From a virus (lineage: Duplodnaviria > Caudoviricetes), in IMG/VR virus record IMGVR_UViG_3300032218_002331, positions 1 through 60,204 of that record: 60,204 nucleotides of DNA. One strand, written 5' to 3'. The stretch's first letter is position 1. Each line of letters begins with the position of its first letter. Made by a program: the position numbers and the translations under genes. The notes under the pieces were generated by a model. The model was not told where the DNA came from. It searched no databases and saw nothing but the letters and a program-made list of their open reading frames with translations. Shown here piece by piece: positions 1 to 9,900 of this stretch.

Positions 1-929
1 CCGTTGTTGCTTAATAGGCTTGCCCAAGCGGCTTCACCGCTGCCGGCCTTGACAATAATATTTCCATCGGTAGTTGCTGTAACTGTATCGAATGTCCAAC
101 TGCCAGTGTCAGCAGTACCACCTGCACCTAGCACACTAACATAAGTTCCGTTGCCAACAATATCACGTTGTATGTCTGCACCCAATGGTAACTTTAATAC
201 AGAGCCGTCCCATATCATAGGCATGTTACTGGCGTATATTTTTACTCCGTCACTTTCAATCTGGACTCCGGTCACACCGTTTCTCATCAAATGTATGGCC
301 CCATCGGTAGTATTGATTGTTAAACCGGCATTGGTATCAAGATTGTAAGTAGCACCGGTTAAAGGAATCCCACCGCCTATCCCGTCGAGTATATTGTTTC
401 CATCACTGTCGACAATATATCCACCTTCTGGTAATTCTAACAAACCGTCATCTCTAAAGGTCCATGTGTTACCTAATGACTCAATGGTTGTTTGATTAGC
501 GGACATTTCAATATTGCCCACCGTACCGGCATATGGACCACTGCCTTGGATTAATTGCTCAGGAGTTGCTAGTGGCGGAGCACCAGCTTCAATAACGACA
601 TTACCACCAACACCATCTTGCGACGCATTACCGCCTTTGATGTAAACTGGCATGGCAGTATCAAATCCGCTTTGAATAGTAATGCCACCAGTCGGTACAC
701 CTTCACCGTCTAGTTCAATGTTTACAAACTGTGTATCATCGCCCAAGTGATAAGTTGTATTTGCGTCGGTTGAATATAGTTCATTAAAATTGCTATCAAT
801 ACGATCAATAGCCTCATTTATTTTTCTAAAGGCAACACGTAGCGGATCACCACTACGATCGTTGTCAGTAGATCCAATCCCAACTAATGGACCGTTTGGT
901 GCGTTTGTGTTTATTTTTTGCTTAGACAT
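1..929 (-). CDS. Tail/baseplate structural protein (partial, runs off window start)
   Basis: ATG at 929 overlaps the TAA of the upstream giant gene; translates MSKQKINTNAPNGPLVGIGSTDNDRSGDPLRVAFRKINEAIDRIDSNFNELY, a T4 gp9/gp10-like N-terminal motif. Not in the ORF track because it is truncated. Confidence 0.75.
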   Translation of the reverse strand, partial: MSKQKINTNAPNGPLVGIGSTDNDRSGDPLRVAFRKINEAIDRIDSNFNELYSTDANTTYHLGDDTQFVNIELDGEGVPTGGITIQSGFDTAMPVYIKGGNASQDGVGGNVVIEAGAPPLATPEQLIQGSGPYAGTVGNIEMSANQTTIESLGNTWTFRDDGLLELPEGGYIVDSDGNNILDGIGGGIPLTGATYNLDTNAGLTINTTDGAIHLMRNGVTGVQIESDGVKIYASNMPMIWDGSVLKLPLGADIQRDIVGNGTYVSVLGAGGTADTGSWTFDTVTATTDGNIIVKAGSGEAAWASLLSNN

Positions 930-3900
930 TATGCTCTCCCTACAGCAACTTCTATTAGGCCGACTTCGCCATAATCTTTATCTTCTAAAGCCTTACCTAT
1001 AATAGCACCTAACTTAGGATCTAGAGCTTTAATAGCACATCCAGGAGTAGCACTAGTTGTTAATAAGTCTCCTTTCTTAACCCGTCCAACAACTTTACAA
1101 GGGACTCGTCCAGCAAGTGCTATTAGCACTTTATCTCCTGGACAATCACCGTTCATGATGTAGGCAGCGTTAGTACTTACAACACCTGCAACTCGGGTAT
1201 CGTTGACCATTACTGATGTTGTTACTTCTTCTTCTCCACCAAACACTAGAACAGTTCCTGATTCATATGTTTGATCGCCAGTGTAGTACTCTGCTAAGTC
1301 AGCGGCATAAGTTGCTTCAAGTGTACCAGTTATAGACCATGCACCTGTAATGTTACCTTGCGCAGTTGAACTGCCAGTTGTTAGTGTATATGACTTTAAC
1401 GTACCAGCAGTAGCATCAAACTGACTTGAACCATCTAACGCCCATTGCCCTGTTAGTGTACCATTAGTACCAGTTGCACCAGTTGTTAAGTTATTTGATT
1501 TTAGTGTACCAAGTGTAAAGTCAATCTGGCTACTGGCCTGTACTGCATATTGTCCAGTAATACTTCCTGGAGTTGCAGGAGCACCTGTTGTTATAGTTGT
1601 TGCTTTTAATGTAGCACTACTAAAGTCCCATGTTCCGCCTGCTGTTGCAACAGAGTTACCACCTGATGAACCGGTTGATGATAAGAACTTATATGCACCG
1701 GGAGTATAAAACTCAATAGCGTTAGTTGCAGTATCAATGGCTTTGTATCCATCAACCTTGAGTTGTTTAGTATCAAGTTCTCCAGCAGTACCATATTTGG
1801 CCAACGCACTTGGAGTACCATCAGTTGCTACAGTAATAATGCTTTCAGAACCTTCAGCACCGTTATAAGTTATAGCACCAACACTGGTATTAAACTTTTG
1901 GAATAGACCTTTACTTAACACAGACTGTGCTGTAGATTCTTGCGGATAAGTTGATGATCCAGTAAAGTTAGCAAGTACACTACCGTTACCGATATTGGCC
2001 ATTTGCGCTTTGGTAATACTATTATTTTTAATAGTAATAAAACCATTAGTAGCCACAAAGTTTGTAGAGTCAAAACTTGATATACCTTTAGTAGCCGAAC
2101 CAGCGGTTGCTGCCGCTGTTGAGTCTAACAATGCCAGTTTACTCTGGGCAATAGCCGCCGCTGAGTTGACGTCTGCGTTGACAATAGTATCGGCAGCAAT
2201 CTGATAGTTAACAGTGGCACTATCTAAACTGATAACAGGTGCACCAATAGCATGTGTTGCCGCAATGTTACCAGTGTTGTAGTTAAACTTACCAGTTGAA
2301 TATGTTGATAATCTTACAACAGTTTCAAATCGGTTAGCACCATAGTTGATTGTACCATAAGAGAATACTTCGTTATCAATCTTAATGTATCCCGGACCTG
2401 CTGGGAATCCACTAGCATTAGCAACAATGATCTGAGTAGTGTCTACAGCCAGTAATGTTGTAATAGCAGTGGCCAATGTTGTTGGAGTTGGCATAGTAAC
2501 AGTAGCAGTTAAATCTCCTGCTACGGTAGCCGATACGGATATACTACTGCCTCCAATGAATGCCAATACATCACCGTTTACGGGAGTACCAGGATATACA
2601 TCAGTAAGTTCAGTTAACTGATCTTTCAATGCCAGCTGTGCATCAACGTAGGCTTTTGTAGCGGCATCGTTAGCTAAAGTTGGAGCCGCTAAGTTTGTTA
2701 CGTTGTTATTATTGGCATTAAGCGATCCTTTCATACCAGCAGAACCGTTCAATGGTAAGTAGCCTGGGCCAATCAAGTTGGCCGCCGCCACAGTAGCACC
2801 ACCGTGGTCAATACCTAGACGTTTGTCAATGTAACCACGAACAGCACTTTGTACTGGAACAGTATCAGGCGCATTGTTGGTCATGGTGTTATCTGTTGAG
2901 AACTCACTTACAACAACACCACGCTTAAATCCAATACCGTCTAAGTTACTCAACGCGATACTTGCACTGAATGTAACTGTACCAGTACCTTGGTCAACTG
3001 TAAAGAATCGACCTACACGGAAAATACCGTTTTGGTCAGTGGTTACATAGAATACACGACCTACACCTTCTTCATAAGTTTCGTTTTCAGGTTGACGTGA
3101 CTGTGCAGGATTACCATAAATCTGATATGGATAGTTAGTAGTTGAGTAACCACCTGTACCAATATCTAAGAAGTCATGTCCTGTGGCACGGCAAGTACTA
3201 ATACGTGTTGTAACTTGCCCAGCAGTTCCAGCCGCATATCCGCAACGGATAGTAGTAGGATCTATAGTACTAAATGGTTTACTAATACCAGTTGCAATGT
3301 TTGTAGCAGAAGTCTGGGCGTTAGTAATCGTGGTAGTAGTTGATGTGCTCCATGTTCCTGGATCAAATGGGTACTCTAGTGTAATACTAGTAACAGTACC
3401 CGATGCTGTAGTACATTTAAATACACCGTTATACAATGGGTTGGTATTACCAGATACCTTGTAATACTTGTTTAGTGTTACAGCAGTTGACGGTATAGTT
3501 AATGATACAGAGTACTTGGTTAATACTGGACCAGTCTTTGAACCAAAGCTAGAAACAACAGTTGGAGTTATAGTTCCAAATCCTGCGCTTAATGCACTCA
3601 TTGTTCCTGATGCACTGGATAATGTAACGTTAGTTCCGCCTAAGTTATTGCTTACAGAAATTGTACCACTGCTTAATACCTCAGTAATGTAATAGGTTTG
3701 TCTAGCAGTACCAGTACCATCACCTACGCCGGTTGCAACAAACGTTGTTCCTGGAGTATTGTTTACCGCACCAATTAAGGTGTAAACAGTTGTACCAGCA
3801 GTTAAGATTGTATAAGTCTTACCAATAGTAAATGTTCCAGCAGTAGTAGCACTGGTATCAATGCCGCCGTATGCAGTGCCACTAAACGAAATAGTATTTC

Positions 3901-6900
3901 CTACATATAGTCCTGTTGTTGTACTGACTGTAATCAAATCATTTGTACCAGTAATAGTTGTAGAACTTTGTGATACTGTTCGACTTACAGTCCATGTAGA
4001 GCCTGCACCGGATCCACTGAGATTGGCAGTAATGTATGTACCTGCAGGTATAGTACCTCCAGTTAGATACATGCCAACGGCTACAGTTCCACTAGGAACA
4101 GTACCAACAGTTAGTGTTGTACCACTAATACTACTACTGTTCATTGTAGCAGTAGCATGTGTAGTTGCGGTGGCTGTTACAGTAGTACTTGGATCAGTCT
4201 TATAGGCAACGGTCGCTGTGGCAGTACTTACACCAGCGTTGGCTGTAACAGTTGTTGTTGATAAAGCAGTTAGTACTGGAATCAACACAGCGCCGCTAGC
4301 ACCTTCGATTGTTTCAATAGTTAAAATAGGAGTGCCAGTGTAACCATAACCTGGATTAACCACGTTGATAGTTGCAATAGCACCACCGGAGACTGTACAA
4401 GTAACAATCGCATCAATAAGAGCGCCACCGCCACTTACTGTAATAACTGGAGCTCGAGTATATCCACTACCACCGTTGTTGATAGTAATGTCACCTAGTG
4501 TTGCTACTTTAGTAGCAGTAACAACACTTGCACCGTCGATAGCAACAGAGCCAGTTGACACATTGTGATTTTTACTTACATTCCAAGTAGATCCATTACC
4601 GCTGCCGCTAATGTTTGAAACAATATATGTTCCAGATATTACATTGGTTCCGCTTAAAGTCATACCAACTGCAACTGTTCCGCTAGTAACAGTACCAACT
4701 GTTAACGTTGTTCCGCTAATGCTACTACCGGTTGTTGTTGCTGCCAGTGCTGGCAAATATATAGCAGGCGATACTGTAAACTGTGTTGCAGTATCTTTTG
4801 ATGTAACATAAACGTTACCGTCAATAGTAGGACCGGTTACAACCATACCAACTTCGATAGCACTAGTACTGGCTACAGTAATAGCAGTTTGACTATTAGC
4901 TGATACAACTTGATGGTATCCGTTATATTTAGAGTTGCTATTTCCTGAGATATATAGATAACTATCAACAGTTGGTAACGTTTCCTTCCAAGGCAAATCA
5001 TAAGTTACAAATCTTGGATCGGACCCAGTTCCAGTGATTGAATTATAGCTTAGTGCATTTACAGCATTACCTGTTCCTGCAATATTCTTCAACGGCACAG
5101 GGTTGATAGTCAAGTATGGCGATATCAAACTAGTAAAAGTCAATACACCAGTAGGTGTGCTGTCGGGAGCACCACTAATAGTCAACGTTACTCCGTCAAT
5201 ATTGACATCAGTAACTGTGTGGCTTGTACTAAATCCTGTTCCTGAAATAGCATCACCAACTTGAATACCAGTAGTGCTATCAACTTTTAATGTAGTACCA
5301 CTACTTCCGGTTGGAACATACGTTGCGGTAACAGCGTCATGAGGTTTAGTATAACCTAAAATCTGATGTACACGACCATTCCAACCAAATATATAAATGC
5401 CTTTATTCAACTGGTCAATGGTTGACTGTTTAGAAATAGCAAATATTGCCAATCGTAAGTCGCCAGTTTGTGACCCCATTGTTTTTGTTACGTCTAATGG
5501 ATCAACATCGTCAACGTGTGCTGGATCTAGCACTGGCTTATAGTAGGCAAAGCTAGTGTCAGTTTGTAAAACAGCCACGTGGTCGGGCAATAGCTCGCCA
5601 GTACCGTCTGTTAAGTTATAGGTAATAACACGGTAGATATCACCTAAGTTGTCATTGTACTGTAAAGCAGTAGAAGGACGAGTTGGGTTTACGTTGGCAA
5701 TGTCTAGGTATTTGTTATTTTGTAGTGTTCTAATAGTAACAATCTGTCCATCGTACAGTGCAGTTACTAGACCTACTGATGAAGTACCATTGTTACCTGC
5801 ACGACTTAGATTTAACTTAAGAACGTTTTTATTATTAACAGTGGTAGTTGTGTGTTCAACACTGGTAACTTCATAACGAACCTGTGCACCACCGCCAGAT
5901 AAACTGTGGTCAATTTCTAACTCACTAATATTTTGTGGATTATAATCATAACCTAAAATATACACAGCAATCGCCTGTTGAGTTGCTGTTGGAGTCATTT
6001 CGTTTACAAACACACCCCTCTTGTAAACATAGGCATTTTGAACCATGTTGTTAGCAAGTGTAACAGCATCTGGCAATTCAGTTACGTCATACCCCGATGC
6101 ACGTAGACCGTAGTCACCGTGTGAGTTAGAACCTGCAACAGAACGAATCTGTCCACCATCGGCGGCCCAGTAGTGAGTATGACAGTAGTATGAGAATGTT
6201 GACACTTGCTCAGTTACGCCGCCGTTCTTGGCCACAATAGCGTAGCCCAAGTCGTTGATCATGGCAAAGTCGTTGGCCAACATAGACTTGTTACCGCCCA
6301 TTTCAATGTTGATAACAGTGCCGAGACCTTGGTTTAGGAACACAATAGTGTCTGCTGCCAACTGGGTTTTATTTGCTTGTAGTACAGTTCTAACACTAGT
6401 TAGTGTACTACCAGTAAAGTTACTTGGATTAACTACAGATGTAGCAGTAGCATTGTCAGGAACAACATCAATCAATAAATCAACAAGGTCACCAACTGCT
6501 GTTGCTGTAGTACTGTTTCCTGGATTAACAAGATCTTTTACTTGCGAAACTGAGTTACCGACGCTAGGTGTTACTGTATTATTTTGAACAATGGCTTGCA
6601 CTACAGTTTTCATACGACCATATGCGGCGGCTGTTATAGTTTCTTCACCGGCAATAGTGCTGCCAGTTACTAACACACTATAATAGGCCTTAGCGGCTGC
6701 ATAAGTTTGACTGTTGCCGCCGTAAAGAACGTCATATACTAGTGCATCAACAATGTAACCTACGTCTCTAGCACAAGTTTCTTCATTGTAGTTTGGAATA
6801 TTTGCAATGTTGTAGTTGGTAGCGACCCAAGCTGTTATTTCAGCTTTGATAAAATCTCTATTGCTGATCAACAAGTTTTTAGAGTTGATGTATGGAGCAG

Positions 6901-9900
6901 TTTGCCAACTAGGATTAGGATATGTTATTGCTGGTACAGCGTCAACACCATTTGCTAGTATGCTAGTAATAATAGCCATGCGGTCTGTTATTTCTGATAC
7001 CGCAGTATTATTACCTGCAATACCAGATAACGCTACTGCCCAGCTTTTCACTTGTTCAATGGCCGATATAGTTTTGCTTAGTTGTATATTTCCTCTTACA
7101 ACAGAACTGTATGATCTTAGATATGAGCGTCCTGCTGATATAGCTTGGTAGTTAGAACCATAGACAATGTCGTAGCCAACAGCATCTAATATTAAACCTA
7201 CGTCACGTGAACAAAGTGTTTCATTAAAAGTAAAACCACCATTCCACGGTGTAGCATCGTCCAGAGTTACAACCACTGTTCTTGAGTTACTGTTATACGA
7301 CACAATATCGTTAATTTGATAACGTGCGCCAGACACATAAAATGCGCAAGGCGGTTGTGGAGCACGTACATCAAGACCGCTGTTAATTCCGCCAGTGATA
7401 GTTAAAGTTTTTCCATCATCTTCAACTGCAACGATAGTACCTCGTAGGCGTCCAGCAAAACCGTCAACAAACTGTCCTCCGGCCCAACGCTTACGATTAA
7501 TAGATTGACTGAACGATGAACAAACTTGTCCATATGGTGACTTAGTTTTAATTTGTCCTTCTGGGTCAAGCACCATGGCAAATCCACCATGACCTTGTAG
7601 TGACAAGTTGCTAATACGTGTTGCATCATTACATAAGAATATGTCCATCTCTTTATTATTCTTAGGTGTTGATGTAATATCTAATGGATTAGTTAGATAG
7701 TGGCGACCATAATTAACTGTACTGTAAATATGCCATTCACTAGCAGAAAGTGTTCTAGCTTCTTCGAATGGATAGATAACTGAACAGTTCATAAAGTTAC
7801 CGCTAACCGAGTCAACAATAGCCTTACCCGGAATAGCACTTCCAATGTCGTCTTGGAAAACCTTACCAATCCAGGTTGCTGGTACTTGCCCGCTACCTAA
7901 TGTTATAACAATCTTGTTGTTAGTGGCACTTAATGTTGCAGTAGCCGAAGACCTGTAATCAATAGTAGTGTCAATCGGACCCAACTGCATAGCATCAATA
8001 ATAGCATCACGATAGAACAATGTCTTGCGCCACGGTGATTGACTAATACGATCACGTGGTCTAATAATAGTTCTACGGAACTCATCGCCCTTAATGGATA
8101 CGTTTGTTGCAAGTTTGATTGGATAGTCTTCGTAGTAAATACCTGCTTCTACAAAAATAACAATCTGTAGATCTTTAACACTTTCACCAAAGTCTAACAT
8201 TTCACCAACTTTATAATAAGCCGGTTTGGTTAAACGGCAAGTGATAGTATCGCTAGGATCACCGCCACCTTGCATATAGGTTACAATATTAGAATATGCC
8301 GAAGACTCAACACCAACTAATACCTTAGCAGGAAGGATGTCATTATTTGCTGGAGCTCCTTGGTCAACGTGTTGATTCCCACCGTTAGTAAACTTCACAG
8401 TCCAAATACCAGTACCAAAACTAGGTGTAGGCGCCGCACCAAATCCGTTTTCAATAATACTGATTAACGTATTCATGTTGGCTGTAAAATCAGTGATAGC
8501 ATCATCACTTGGAATAGGAACTGAAGTTCCAACACCGATTCCGATTTCTGAACTTGGAATAGTGCCAGACAATGTTATAGTTTGAGTGTATAAGTTTTGA
8601 TATCGAGTGGCAGTTGTTCTATTAAGAACTTGAAGAGCCAACGATTTAGCATATAATATACCGTCTAGAGTTTCGCTGTACTGTGTACCAATAGCAATAG
8701 ATTTAGCACTGGTATTCCTATAGTAGCTCTTACCTGCGCTGATACTTTGATATGTTCCATCAGTAATCAAGTCGATGGCCATGGCTTCAATGATGTATCC
8801 TACATCACGGAAACATATTGCTTCATCGTAGTTAAATCCGCCTTTATATGTTACATCTAAATGATTCGTAACATCATTCTTGACAATATCTTTTTGTGTA
8901 GTAATAATAGATGCAATAGCTTTGTAAACTTCGCTATAGTCACCAGTAGTCTTACTTGGTAATGTAGCAGTTGGTGTTGTATTATTTGTAATAATATCTT
9001 TAATATCATTAAACAATGTATTAATATCATCAGTTGCGGCGTCACCTTCTGTTAGATCTAAGTCGGTATAAGCTGAAACATTAAATGGAGGTGTTTGATA
9101 TGACACATTTGGAACAACGTTTTGTACCAACTGCACTAACAACTGTTGAGCATAGTTAATAGAAACAACAGTTTGATCAATCTGTCCCGGAACTAAAGAT
9201 ACAACTCCATTCCAATATTGCTCACCGGCATATATTGATGCTGAGTTACCACCGTATGTAATGTCGTATGCAATAGCTTCAATAATATATTTTAAATCTC
9301 GACGGCATTTAGCAGTATCAAAGTTTGATCCATAGTTTGAAATAGCGTAACCAATAACTTCTTCTTGTACAAACTCGATGTTTGCTAGCATTAGTTCTCT
9401 AGCACTGGTATATCCGTTTAACAAGCTAGCAGGGCTAGTGTATGTAACTTCAGGTCTTGATTCTAGCCCAAGTCTTAATAAGTTAATAACAATATTAAAA
9501 CTTGTATTAATACTGGCTAATGCCCCGGCATCGTTGATAACTGGGAATGTTGCATTCATGTAGTCAACAGCCGCTTGACTTAACAGGGTTCTGTTGGCGT
9601 TGGCAACACCTAGTATAGAAGATCTAACAGCTTTTAGTGCAGTTGGCGCATCTGCAATAGCTGGCGCCAATGTTGTAAAGTAAGTATTATTAAGGAATGT
9701 TATAACACTGCCTGCTATTGATGTCTTTGCACTTTCAACTGTTAGACGAATACTGTTATAACCTGAGTTGCCTAAACTGTATGTAGGATCAATAACAGCC
9801 ACAGATGATCCATTTATTACACTGATTAAGGACCCAACAAGATCACTAACAATAGTTGCTTCAGTACTAGTTCCAGCTGCCAATGTTAAGTTTTGTCCAG